A stretch of DNA of 64,000 bases, taken from assembly GCA_965140415.1 (NCBI GenBank), contig OZ223209.1, positions 192,001-256,000 on the forward strand, written 5' to 3'. The DNA comes from Myxococcota bacterium (GTDB taxonomy: Bacteria; Myxococcota_A; SURF-8). Within the stretch, counting starts at the first letter, position 1. Each line of letters starts with the position of its first letter. Positions 1 to 9,781 of this stretch are shown here, piece after piece. The notes under the pieces are model-generated. The model was given only the letters and a program-made list of their open reading frames with translations, had not been told where the DNA came from and ran no database searches. The position numbers were made by a program, and so were the translations under genes.

Positions 1-1030
1 GCATCGGCGGCAGCACATCCGCCGCGACGGGCGGTAGATCGTCGGAGACGGGAGCAGGCGCTTCGGCTACCGGCGCAGGCGTTGGTTCGACTTCTTCTCC
101 AGCCGGTTTTGCTGTTGCACGTTGTGTGGGAGTCGCTTGCGGTGCACCGATAGGTGGCAGCACATCCGCCTGTACCGGGGGCAAGTCATCCGATGGTGCT
201 GCCGTGGCTGGCGCTGCGGCAGCCGGTGCGGCTGTTGCGGCTGGCGCACTTGCCGGGGCGGGAGTCGCCGCCGGTTGTGCCTGCGGTGCGCCGATGGGCG
301 GCAGTATGCCACCTGCAACCGGCGGAATATAGTCCGGATCTTCCTGCATCGGAAGGGTGGCGTAGATCGGACGATCGGAGGGCATGGGGAATTCCACTTC
401 CATGCGTTTGTAGCCGGGTTTCTCGATCAGAACCTTGTAGTTGCCCTCCTTCAGCATTTTCCGCAGTGGAGTGATTCCCCACTTTTCTCCCTGATAGGTC
501 ACACTCGCGCCGCTCGGATCGGTATCCAGTCCCAGCGGATAGGGGCTGGCAAACAACCGGTCGGTTTCGTGCGCGATCATGTTACCCAGTTGTTTGCCGG
601 TGCAGTTTTTGCAACTTTCAGAGATCGTGCGCAGGATTTCGTTACCGGTGACGTCGAAGAACGACAGGCGGAAATCGTAATTGCGCCGTTCGCGCCGTTT
701 GGTGCGGGTCGAAATCAAGCGGCAGGATACCACCAGATCGGCTTCCAGCTTTTTACCGGCCAGATACAAGGTTTCCTTTTGCGTAACATCCTGACGACCG
801 ATCTTGAACTTGCGCGCAGCGTTGGCGGCGGTGATTACGGTGTAGTCTTCCCGCTGCTGCAAGGGACGTTCCAGGGATTTGTGAATGGTCTGCTTCAGGG
901 ATGAAGATAGTGCGCTTTCCGACTGTAGCGGCAGCACGGCGGCGGTGATTTCCATTTGTGCGGCAGCCGGAGCGCTCCACAACAACAAGCAGAACAAGCA
1001 AAGCGATAAGTTGCGAAGTATGGTTTTCAT
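1..1030 (-). CDS. Secreted PEGA-domain protein with Pro/Ala-rich repeats (3' end runs off the window)
   Basis: Translated by hand (not in ORF track). ATG at 1030 after GGAGG; signal peptide MKTILRNLSLCLFCLLLWSAPAAA; PEGA-like segment TDPSGASVTYQGEKWGITPL...GNYKVLIEKPGY; three D(L/I)PPV...(V/I)LPP repeats. Confidence 0.8.
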   Translation of the reverse strand, partial: MKTILRNLSLCLFCLLLWSAPAAAQMEITAAVLPLQSESALSSSLKQTIHKSLERPLQQREDYTVITAANAARKFKIGRQDVTQKETLYLAGKKLEADLVVSCRLISTRTKRRERRNYDFRLSFFDVTGNEILRTISESCKNCTGKQLGNMIAHETDRLFASPYPLGLDTDPSGASVTYQGEKWGITPLRKMLKEGNYKVLIEKPGYKRMEVEFPMPSDRPIYATLPMQEDPDYIPPVAGGILPPIGAPQAQPAATPAPASAPAATAAPAAAAPATAAPSDDLPPVQADVLPPIGAPQATPTQRATAKPAGEEVEPTPAPVAEAPAPVSDDLPPVAADVLPPM

Positions 1031-1039
1031 GGCGACCTC

Positions 1040-1585
1040 CTACACGTTTCCGCGCAGGCCAACGAACACCAGGATCGGCATCATGTAGCCGCCGCCCAGT
1101 CCGTCACCAGCGAAAAAGGTTTCGATGTTCACTTCGGTCACCAGCCCGAGATGTTCCAGAAAATGCCAGATGAAGCCGCCGCCGATATCGATGCCATAGT
1201 AGTTGGGTTCGATGCGGATGGCCACGCCGATGCGACCGAAGCCGGTAATGACATCGCCGTCGCTGTCGAAAACGATACCCGGTACCAGCGTCAAGGCTTC
1301 GCCGCCTTCCACCGTGATCTCGGTGCGCAGCGAAGGCGCCAGCCAGCTGAGCGCTTCGTATTGAAAATCCAGATCCAACAAGGTTGGATTGCGGCGCGAG
1401 ATGCTGCTTGAAGAAGCGGTGGAGCTGGTCGTATGTCCAACCAGATAGCCGGTGCCCGCACTTAGCGAAAGCGCGAATTCGCCCTGCTTGGCCTGTGCGG
1501 CCTGAGAGACCAATAGCACCGCCATAAGCAAACCCAGCAAAACGCCGTGTTTCAGCCATCGGTGTAAAGTAGCCGTCGTTTTCAT
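1040..1585 (-). CDS. Small outer-membrane beta-barrel protein
   Basis: GGAGG RBS, signal peptide ending AQA, alternating amphipathic strands, C-terminal VFVGLRGNV. Confidence 0.65.
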   Translation of the reverse strand: MKTTATLHRWLKHGVLLGLLMAVLLVSQAAQAKQGEFALSLSAGTGYLVGHTTSSTASSSSISRRNPTLLDLDFQYEALSWLAPSLRTEITVEGGEALTLVPGIVFDSDGDVITGFGRIGVAIRIEPNYYGIDIGGGFIWHFLEHLGLVTEVNIETFFAGDGLGGGYMMPILVFVGLRGNV

Positions 1586-1650
1586 CCGTCCTCCCATCCG
1601 GGATCGTTACCGGAAGCGGCGCGATGTGGTGCCGCGTAATCGTCTTAGCT

Positions 1651-2727
1651 TCAATTCGATGTCGCCATGCGTGCGCAGCGAAACCCGATCCAGGGATACG
1701 GGCCATCGGAGGGCATGGGCGTATCCCAGGCGGTTATCGGCGTTCGATCTCCATTACGCAGTTCTGCGGCTCTGGAGATATAACTACCCCCATGTACGAT
1801 GCGCTGGGTTTGATCCGAGGCCGGATCGCCCAGCGGGTCTGCGCAATCCACGCACCAATCGTAATTTTGGGAATACCAGTCGAACACCCATTCCGCCACG
1901 TTACCTGCCATGGCGTAAACCGGCGGTTCCGGTGTGGCGCCTAAAGCATAGGTTTCCGGTGGCACCGTGCGTTCGCTGCCGCAACCGGCAATACTTTCAT
2001 CGTCCTGCATCTGTACCCGCGAGCAGTCCGGCGCGGGCTCATCACCCCAGGGATATTTTCTGCGCTCCGTACCACGTGCGACCGCTTCCCACTGCGCTTC
2101 CAGAGGCAGATCCGCACCGATAAACAGGCAATATTCCCGCGCACCGAGAAAATCCACGCAGTTCATCGGCATCGAGGTCCGCGAGGCGTCGCCGTAGTTG
2201 CAGGCGTCGTTGAGGTTTCGGGTGACGTAATGACCCGCCGTGCAGGCTCCTGCTTGGATGCAGTGGGTAAATTCCTCGACGGTGACTTCGAATTTGTGCA
2301 GCTCGAAGGCACTTAAAATAACCGTGTGCTCCGGCATTTCATCCGCCTCGCCCGAACCGCCTCCCAGCACGTAGCTTTGGGTTTGAAATGCCACGAAGGG
2401 ATTGTAGGTTTCGTGGTCGTAACCGCTGTCCATTTCCTGTTCCGCATCACCATCCGAAGTATTCATATCTCCATCGACGGGCACTTCGGAGCTTTCGAAA
2501 TCGCCATCTTGTGACAGGCAGATGTCGCCGACGAGAACGGTCCCTGCCGGGCAGACGTCTTGTACGCACACGCCGTTTTCTTCGTGCTCGCCATCCGGGC
2601 AGGTCAAGGGGTCGTCCCCACCGCAGGCCATCAGCAAGCCGATTACCAGAAAAGACAATAAATTACACCCGTTTCCGATCCTCAACGCAGACTCCGTCCT
2701 AAGATGATTGACAGTGCATTCTAGCAT
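1651..2727 (-). CDS. Lipoprotein with DGD linker and FGE-sulfatase (SUMF1-like) domain; start uncertain
   Basis: Lipobox LLMAC; motifs FEVT, LPLEAQWEAVARG, YPWG, MAGNVAEWV, GGSY, GFRCAR. Confidence 0.85.
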   Translation of the reverse strand: MLECTVNHLRTESALRIGNGCNLLSFLVIGLLMACGGDDPLTCPDGEHEENGVCVQDVCPAGTVLVGDICLSQDGDFESSEVPVDGDMNTSDGDAEQEMDSGYDHETYNPFVAFQTQSYVLGGGSGEADEMPEHTVILSAFELHKFEVTVEEFTHCIQAGACTAGHYVTRNLNDACNYGDASRTSMPMNCVDFLGAREYCLFIGADLPLEAQWEAVARGTERRKYPWGDEPAPDCSRVQMQDDESIAGCGSERTVPPETYALGATPEPPVYAMAGNVAEWVFDWYSQNYDWCVDCADPLGDPASDQTQRIVHGGSYISRAAELRNGDRTPITAWDTPMPSDGPYPWIGFRCARMATSN

Positions 2728-2951
2728 GTCCGCCCCGCCTACGTCAAAATATTGAATGGAAGAGAATCAACGTAAAAACCTCGCAGGTGAATGCTAAAAA
2801 GCCATCGATTGCGAATCTCCCTAAGCCCTGCATGAAAAGAACATCAATATAGCGCTTGACGGGTATTCATGAGCCAGCTATGATCTACATGTTCGCTGGG
2901 AAATCGCCACTTCCAATACCATTCCATATTCACGAAAAGATGGAGAGCGTG

Positions 2952-5141
2952 ATGCGTCATGCCTGCACGGCCTTTTTTTGTTTGGCTCTTCTATTGTGGC
3001 TGTTCGGTTGTGCCGAAACGGAGAATCCCGCGAACTCCGGCGACTTGGATACGTTGGATACTGCGGAAACGTTGGAGCAGGACTCTCGAATTGAAGACGG
3101 CGACAATGATTTAGACGATAGCGAGGGAAATCCTACTGATGGCGATGGCGAATTAGAAGAAGAGGGATACCCCTTTTATCATGATCTCCCATCTGCCATG
3201 CAAATCGAATCCAAGACCTTGAGTGTACCTCCCATGAATTTATATCATGAATGCACGGGAACGATCTCGGGTCAGTTGTTGGTGGTCGAAGACGGTGCGT
3301 ATTCCGTAATATATAACACGGAAACGATGATCCCATATTCGGCTGTCAGAAGTTCGGGGACTTCTCTATTAAGTGGAACATCTCTTTTTCAGATTAAATA
3401 TACAGAGCTTAAGCGTTGGGATCTGCAACAACCCACAAACCCGATTTTACAATATCGCTCCCCAAATAACAGTAGAATCATTTCTACAACAAGCATAAAC
3501 AACACATTATTTTATTGCAATAAGCAAGGCGTAAATCGCTGGAGCGGAGAAGACAATCCGCAGCTCATTGTCCCAACAGATAGCTGTAGTCAGTTGTTTG
3601 GCATCGGAGAGGATATCCTCCTAGTAGTAAATGACGAAAGCGACAACGAAAATGAAACCTCAATAGAAACAGCAGTGGAAACCCGCATCGATGCCTATCG
3701 GCTCGGGGGGATCTCGCTATATACCCCGATGTGGTCTTTTTCTTTTTCTCATAAAAGATCAATCAAAGCTTATGCATCCGATACGCGGCTGGTATTCAGT
3801 TCATCCTACTTCGCTGGAACTCCGCTTCTATATCTGATCGATCTGAGCCAACCGGACCAGGCCCCTGAATCGGTTCAAACGATCATGCCCGAAACATTTA
3901 GTACGTGGTCTTGCGAGATTCAATCTTTGTTGGTACGTGGCAATTACGTTTTAGCGCATGTCGTAGTGAATGATAACGATAGTTACCTGTACAAAATCGA
4001 TGTGACATCGACTTCGGCTCCAAGCATTGAATTGGCGGAATGCTATGAAGATTCATCCAATGATGGAAATGATGGTATCGGACACAATGGAAACGGTTGT
4101 TGGCAAGCCAATGCAGACAGTGGAGTCGTCAATCCTCACGGCCTATTTGTACATATGTGGAGTTGCAGTGGCGAAGGCGGCTGTCTGAGCGAATTAGATT
4201 TCTTAACTTTAGAGGAAAACGGGGAGATAAATCCAAATTATATCTTAGGCCACGATACAAAAATCGCCCCCGACGACATCGCCGTAGCTCAGGATCGTTA
4301 CTATTATCATTTCAGATTTTCAAACGATAAGCTGTTTGCTTATAACTCAGATACAGAGGTCTTCTCCGCATTGGATTTGGAAGAATCTGCTAAAAACATT
4401 GTGGGTCTTGGCGAACGGTTGTACATCCTTACCGACACCGGATTATATTCCCGTGCCGTTTTACCGGATGGCTCCTTGCAACCTCGTGAGACAATCTTTC
4501 AACCCGAGAATGTCGCTATTCAAAGATTGATCGTTTCGGATCGATACCTTGCCGTAGTTTGGGATACGGCAAGCGATCAAAGATTCAAATTTTTTGACAT
4601 CCACTCCGACGGAAGTTTATCGGAACTACCCGACATCTTGAAGCTTAATAAAAATGAGTATATTTTCATCCAGGGTTGTACAGCGGTAATTAAACATTTC
4701 AACAAACAGATTTCCATCAAACCACTGGTAGAAGGTTGTCATCCGACCGTCGATCACCTCTCACTGGAAGATATAGAAGAATTCAATAATCTAACAATTA
4801 GGCCTTGCTATGGATTGATTGTGACGAATTATGAATCGGTTTGTGATTCGTCTTATTCTTACACGACCAACATCCTCCGGATATTCGACTGGCAAGGTAA
4901 GTTCTTGCGTGAAATTCCTGCCAGCTATTGCGACACGGAGTATGAAGCCGTGATACGGCGCGGCAGCATAATATGTGCTGGAGGGTGGCTATTCGACACC
5001 ATATCAAAACGAGCGACAACCATAAGAGAATTACCGAACGGGCAACCGAGCTGGAAGTCGGGTTACAATATTAAAATCGTTGACGGCAACAACCTGTTTC
5101 AACTCGATCCGACCCCGACACATTACATACTTTCGGAATGA
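2952..5141 (+). CDS. Large lipoprotein with DGD linker and probable beta-propeller repeats; AT-richer than neighbours
   Basis: GGAGAG RBS, lipobox LFGC, acidic DGD linker, repeats such as WDLQQPTNP, IDLSQPDQAP, IDVTSTSAP (LVIVD-like). Confidence 0.7.
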   Translation: MRHACTAFFCLALLLWLFGCAETENPANSGDLDTLDTAETLEQDSRIEDGDNDLDDSEGNPTDGDGELEEEGYPFYHDLPSAMQIESKTLSVPPMNLYHECTGTISGQLLVVEDGAYSVIYNTETMIPYSAVRSSGTSLLSGTSLFQIKYTELKRWDLQQPTNPILQYRSPNNSRIISTTSINNTLFYCNKQGVNRWSGEDNPQLIVPTDSCSQLFGIGEDILLVVNDESDNENETSIETAVETRIDAYRLGGISLYTPMWSFSFSHKRSIKAYASDTRLVFSSSYFAGTPLLYLIDLSQPDQAPESVQTIMPETFSTWSCEIQSLLVRGNYVLAHVVVNDNDSYLYKIDVTSTSAPSIELAECYEDSSNDGNDGIGHNGNGCWQANADSGVVNPHGLFVHMWSCSGEGGCLSELDFLTLEENGEINPNYILGHDTKIAPDDIAVAQDRYYYHFRFSNDKLFAYNSDTEVFSALDLEESAKNIVGLGERLYILTDTGLYSRAVLPDGSLQPRETIFQPENVAIQRLIVSDRYLAVVWDTASDQRFKFFDIHSDGSLSELPDILKLNKNEYIFIQGCTAVIKHFNKQISIKPLVEGCHPTVDHLSLEDIEEFNNLTIRPCYGLIVTNYESVCDSSYSYTTNILRIFDWQGKFLREIPASYCDTEYEAVIRRGSIICAGGWLFDTISKRATTIRELPNGQPSWKSGYNIKIVDGNNLFQLDPTPTHYILSE

Positions 5142-5184
5142 TGGCTTCCATAACCACCGCTTTCAGTCCGATCCTTGCCAAACG

Positions 5185-5220
5185 AAAAACGGGGAACGAC
5201 GTAAAGCCGTTCCCCGAAAA
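5185..5220. terminator. Intrinsic terminator between convergent genes
   Basis: CGGGGAACG...CGTTCCCCG stem preceded by an A-run (U-tract on the minus strand). Confidence 0.65.
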
Positions 5221-5243
5221 TGAGTTTAACCGACAAAGGCTGG

Positions 5244-6608
5244 CTACTTCACCGCCGAGCGCATATCCAATCCCGTGGCGCGCAGCAGGTTCAACTTGGA
5301 CAGTTGCGCCTCCAGCCGTTTGATGACCAGGTTCACCTGGGCGCTCTGGCTGCTGCGGCGTGCATCCACCACATCCAGCGACGTTCCCCGGCCATTCTCG
5401 TAATACGTTTCCGCCAGTCGCATGGATTCCTCTGCAATCTCCGCCTGTCGTTGGCTCGAACGCACCATGTCCAGCGCTTCGTCGTAGCCGCGCCGCAGTT
5501 GTCGAACTTCCAACTCGGCGTTGTCCATCGCCGCCTGCTCGGCAAGCTGCGCCACGTTTTTCGCAGCGCGGCTCTGCTGCAAACTGCCGTAGATGTTGTA
5601 GTCGAATAACGGCACAGAAAGCACCAGTCCGGCAAACCAGCGCGAACGGTCCAGGTTCGCTTGATTAGCAGGCGGATCGGTGATCTGGTAGCCGAATTGC
5701 CAGGAGGCGCTCAAGGTCGGTACGAACTGCATGTAGCTCGCCAGATATTGACGCTGAGTCACTTCCAGGTTCAGACGCGCCATTCGCAGATCGTAGCGCC
5801 GGACCTGCGCCTTGTCGATCATCGCTTCTTCGCTGTTATCTTCGAATTCGGAAAGACTTACTTCTTCGACCGTCAAAGGCAGCGTGTCGATGCGGATCAG
5901 CGTGCGCAGGGTGTCGCGCGCATTCTCCAAAGCGTATATCGCCTGAATCAGGCTTTGTTGCGTCGTGATCCAGTCGCTCTGCGCGCGGGTGACATCCAGG
6001 CGGGTGCCGATACCCGAACGATGTCGGAAGGTGGCTACTTTCAGGTGGCGTTCGATGGCGGCCAGTTGGCCCTTGTAAATGTCGATTAACGACTGCGCCG
6101 AGAGCGCCTGAAAATACGCGAACGCCACGGTAAACAGTAACTCCTGTCGCGTCTGTCCAGCGCTCATGCGGGAAAGATTCAAGCCACTTTTTGAAGCGGC
6201 AACGCCCACCCATTGTTGCGCGCTGATCAAAGGCAGGCTCACCGACAGGCTGGCGTCCAAATCCTGCTGAGTGCGCGTTTCCACCTTAACACCACTGATC
6301 GTACTGGAATCGGCGTGATCGTAATAGACATAGTTCAACTGTCCATACACATCCGGCAACAGACTACCCCAGGAGGATTTAAGCCGCGCGCGCGCCGCTT
6401 CGATTTCCTCACGACTTTGGGCCAAGGTCAGGTTGCGCTGCTCCGCCAGTTCGAACGCTTTACCAAGTGTCACCGGGTCGCCTGGCGCGATAGCGGGAAG
6501 TTCGGGCATGCGCAGGGCTTTCGCTTGCGAGTCACTGGCCCAGGCATCGATGTGGAAAGCCGCTAGAATAGAGATCGCCAGCGCGAAAATGCCGATTAGT
6601 CGTTTCAT
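5244..6608 (-). CDS. TolC-family outer-membrane efflux protein
   Basis: Signal peptide, two OEP-like repeats, YENGRGTSLDVVDA motif; overlaps the RND gene. Confidence 0.9.
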   Translation of the reverse strand: MKRLIGIFALAISILAAFHIDAWASDSQAKALRMPELPAIAPGDPVTLGKAFELAEQRNLTLAQSREEIEAARARLKSSWGSLLPDVYGQLNYVYYDHADSSTISGVKVETRTQQDLDASLSVSLPLISAQQWVGVAASKSGLNLSRMSAGQTRQELLFTVAFAYFQALSAQSLIDIYKGQLAAIERHLKVATFRHRSGIGTRLDVTRAQSDWITTQQSLIQAIYALENARDTLRTLIRIDTLPLTVEEVSLSEFEDNSEEAMIDKAQVRRYDLRMARLNLEVTQRQYLASYMQFVPTLSASWQFGYQITDPPANQANLDRSRWFAGLVLSVPLFDYNIYGSLQQSRAAKNVAQLAEQAAMDNAELEVRQLRRGYDEALDMVRSSQRQAEIAEESMRLAETYYENGRGTSLDVVDARRSSQSAQVNLVIKRLEAQLSKLNLLRATGLDMRSAVK

Positions 6609-9600
6609 AGCACTTCCTCCGCTTCATCCAAATCCGGTGTTCCGTCTGTTTCCTCCTGTGGTCTCATCCGAATTCTCAAGTTCTCGATCATGGTGAACAA
6701 GGCCGGAATCAAAATCAGAATGAAGGTGGTGGATACCAGAATACCGAATCCCAAACTTACCGCCATCGGAACGATGACACGGGCGGTGAAGTCGGTTTCG
6801 AAAATCATCGGCGCCAGGCCGAAGAAGGTGGTGGCGGTGGTCAGGAAGATGGGTCGGAAGCGTCGGCAGGCCGCGTCTACGGCGGCTTTTATAGGTGGCA
6901 GACCTTCCAGGCGCATCTTATTGGCCGTATCGACAAAGACAATGGAATCATTTACCGCCACTCCGGCTAATGCCAGCATACCCATGATGCTGAACATGCT
7001 CAAATCCAGTCCCAGCAGGATATGCCCCAGCACCGAACCCATCGCGCCGAAAGGAATTGCGGCCATCACAACGAAGACCGGTTGCAAATAGCTTTTCACC
7101 GGAATGGCGATCAGTGCGAAGATAGCAAGCAAGGCCAATGAAAAGCCGAGCTTCATATAAACGCCAAAATCCTTCATGTCTTCCTGTCGTCCGCGAAGTT
7201 GCCAGCGTAAACCCGGATACTGAGCGGCCAGTTCCGGCAGATAGGAGGTAAACATTTCATCCATGATTTCATTGGCATTGGCTTTGCCGTTTTCCACCGC
7301 TGCCTGAATCTGCAAGGTCCGTTGTGCGTTGGTACGTCGAATCGACGTATACGCGCGCCCGTAACTTACCGTGGCTGCCTGCAACAGGGGAATCTCCCCG
7401 CCCAATGGCGTACGAATCATCAGGTCGTCCAGGCTCTTCATGTTTTCGCGTTCGTCCTTGGTCAAGCGCACCATGACTTTCATTTCGTTGCGTCCGCGCT
7501 GTTGCCTTAGCGCTTCCGCGCCGTAAAAGGCACTGCGCATCTGGTTGGCCAGATCGGCGGAGGTCAACCCGGCATTGACGCCTTCCGGAGTGAGTTTGAA
7601 ACTCCACTGGTATTTTCCCATCTCGATACCGTTGTCGATGTCGTTCACGCCGTCGAACACGGCCAGGTGCTCTCCGATCTGGCGCGCGCAGATTTGCAGG
7701 ATTTCATTGTCGGTGTGCGAGATCTCGAAATCGATGGCTTTGCGCGTACCGTGCATGGAGGAACTGAAGACGATGCTGTCCAGCATGCTGGTGTCCCCCA
7801 GGTTTTTACGCCAGCTTTTCGCGAATTCGCTGGAGCTGAAATCGCGCTCGTCCGGAGAAACCAGCATTACCTCTACTGCCGTCAGGTTCGCGGAGGAATC
7901 ACTGCCGCCACGGAAACCTCGGCTGGCGCCTTGACCCAGTTTGGCAAAAGTACCCAGGGCAATGCTTTTGCCGCCATATTGATCGATGGTCTGTTGCGCC
8001 GAATCGATCATGCGCTTCATCATTTTTTTAGTGTCTTTAATCGATACGCCAAAGGGCAATGTGGCCGAGGCCTGCACACGGTCGGTATCGTCTCTGGGGA
8101 AATCGATGTACTTGATGCGTCCTCCGGCTACGAAGCCCACTACAATTATCAACAAGCTCAAACTAGCAGCCAAAGTGATCCAGCGATGCCGCACGGCGGC
8201 TGTAACCGCAGGGCGAAAATGCCTTTCGATGAAGCTTTCCATTCCCTGCGATACTTTTTTCTGAAAGCGTAGAACCGAACTCAAAAGACCGTCGGAACCG
8301 TTTTTTCGAACGTGCGCCAGATGCGCGGGCAAAATGAAAAACGATTCCACTAAAGAAATGGTAAGCACCAGAATAACGATCACCGGAATGGAATAGGCGA
8401 TCTTTCCAAATGTTCCCGGAACACCTAATAGGGGAGCGAAAGCGGCAATGGTCGTGCCGATGGAGAAGAAAACCGGCACTGCCATTTCACGAACGCCGTG
8501 AATGGCCGCTTCAATGGGTGGATGCCCCAGATTCCGCTTGTGAAAGATGTTCTCTCCCACCACGATGGCGTCATCCACCACCATACCGAGCGTGATCAGA
8601 AACGCGAACATGCTGATCATATTCAGTGAAATACCCATGGCAGGCAAAAGCACAAAAGATCCCATGAAGGAAATAGGAATTCCCAGACTCACCCAGAATG
8701 CCAGACGCGGTTCAAGGAACAAACCCAGAATCACCAGCACCAGAGCCAAACCGATAGCCGCGTTGCGAAGCAACAGATCCAGTCGCTGTTCGAACATCTT
8801 GGCGCGGTCGTTCCAGGTCGTGACGAAGATACCGTGCGGAAGTTGCTGTGTGAGCGTTTTAGCGTAGTTTTTCACGGCGATTGCCACGGCGGTCGGGGAT
8901 TGATCTCCCACACTGGCGACATCCAACACCAGCGCCCGCTTACCGTTGAAGTATCCGGCGATATCGCTTTCTTCGAAGTCGTCTGTAATGGTGGCAATTT
9001 GTCCCAGCCGTACCTGGGCACCGTCGCGCCCGTACACAATCGGAACGTCGCCGAATTCGTGGCCGTAGTCGCGCCGCTCCTGGGTGCGCAGCAGGATATC
9101 GCCGCCGATGGTTTTAACGCCGCCACCCGGACTCTCTACCGCCGTCTGGCGAATCTGTTGCGCAATCGCCGCTGTCGTCAAGCCGTACTCGCGCAGTTTT
9201 TCCTGCGTCAGTTCGACTCCGATCTCCAACTTGCGCACGCCGTTCATTTCCACGCTGGTGACTTCGGGAAGATCCAGCAGCCCTTCTCTCAAGCGCTCGC
9301 CATAGGCGTACAGCGTCTTTTCATCCACATCGCCGTATACCACCAGGCTGATGGCTTCCGCCGTTCTTTCCGGCATAGCGATATTGGGTTTTTCGATGTC
9401 GTCGGGAAAGGAACTGATTCGATCCACCGCGCTCTGAACGTCGTTTAGAGCTTTGCTGCGATTGGTGCCATCGTACAGTTCCACCGTTACCATGCCCATG
9501 CCTTCGGAAGCGACGGAATAGACTTTCTTTACGCCGTCCAACGGGCGCACGGCCTCTTCGATCGACAACAACAGCCCGCGCTCGATCTCTTCCGGGCTTG

Positions 9601-9781
9601 CGCCGGGATAGGCCACGGAAATGCTGACCTGGTCCATCGTAATCTGCGGGAACACTTCTTTGTTGATGCGCTGACTCATCAGCAATCCGCCGACCAGCAA
9701 CATGACCATCAACAGATTGGCCGCCACCGGATTGCGCGCCATCCAGGAAAGCGAGCCGCTATACAGATCTCGCCGTTTCAT
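6605..9781 (-). CDS. AcrB/AcrD/AcrF-family RND transporter permease
   Basis: 1058 aa; NPVAANLLM, GMVVDDAIVVGEN, RFRPIFLTTATT. Confidence 0.95.
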   Translation of the reverse strand: MKRRDLYSGSLSWMARNPVAANLLMVMLLVGGLLMSQRINKEVFPQITMDQVSISVAYPGASPEEIERGLLLSIEEAVRPLDGVKKVYSVASEGMGMVTVELYDGTNRSKALNDVQSAVDRISSFPDDIEKPNIAMPERTAEAISLVVYGDVDEKTLYAYGERLREGLLDLPEVTSVEMNGVRKLEIGVELTQEKLREYGLTTAAIAQQIRQTAVESPGGGVKTIGGDILLRTQERRDYGHEFGDVPIVYGRDGAQVRLGQIATITDDFEESDIAGYFNGKRALVLDVASVGDQSPTAVAIAVKNYAKTLTQQLPHGIFVTTWNDRAKMFEQRLDLLLRNAAIGLALVLVILGLFLEPRLAFWVSLGIPISFMGSFVLLPAMGISLNMISMFAFLITLGMVVDDAIVVGENIFHKRNLGHPPIEAAIHGVREMAVPVFFSIGTTIAAFAPLLGVPGTFGKIAYSIPVIVILVLTISLVESFFILPAHLAHVRKNGSDGLLSSVLRFQKKVSQGMESFIERHFRPAVTAAVRHRWITLAASLSLLIIVVGFVAGGRIKYIDFPRDDTDRVQASATLPFGVSIKDTKKMMKRMIDSAQQTIDQYGGKSIALGTFAKLGQGASRGFRGGSDSSANLTAVEVMLVSPDERDFSSSEFAKSWRKNLGDTSMLDSIVFSSSMHGTRKAIDFEISHTDNEILQICARQIGEHLAVFDGVNDIDNGIEMGKYQWSFKLTPEGVNAGLTSADLANQMRSAFYGAEALRQQRGRNEMKVMVRLTKDERENMKSLDDLMIRTPLGGEIPLLQAATVSYGRAYTSIRRTNAQRTLQIQAAVENGKANANEIMDEMFTSYLPELAAQYPGLRWQLRGRQEDMKDFGVYMKLGFSLALLAIFALIAIPVKSYLQPVFVVMAAIPFGAMGSVLGHILLGLDLSMFSIMGMLALAGVAVNDSIVFVDTANKMRLEGLPPIKAAVDAACRRFRPIFLTTATTFFGLAPMIFETDFTARVIVPMAVSLGFGILVSTTFILILIPALFTMIENLRIRMRPQEETDGTPDLDEAEEVL

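Noticed and set aside
1651-2727. FGE-domain proteins as diversity-generating retroelement targets or true formylglycine-generating enzymes
   Set aside because: No reverse transcriptase or template repeat in the window, and the catalytic Cys pair of FGE is absent here
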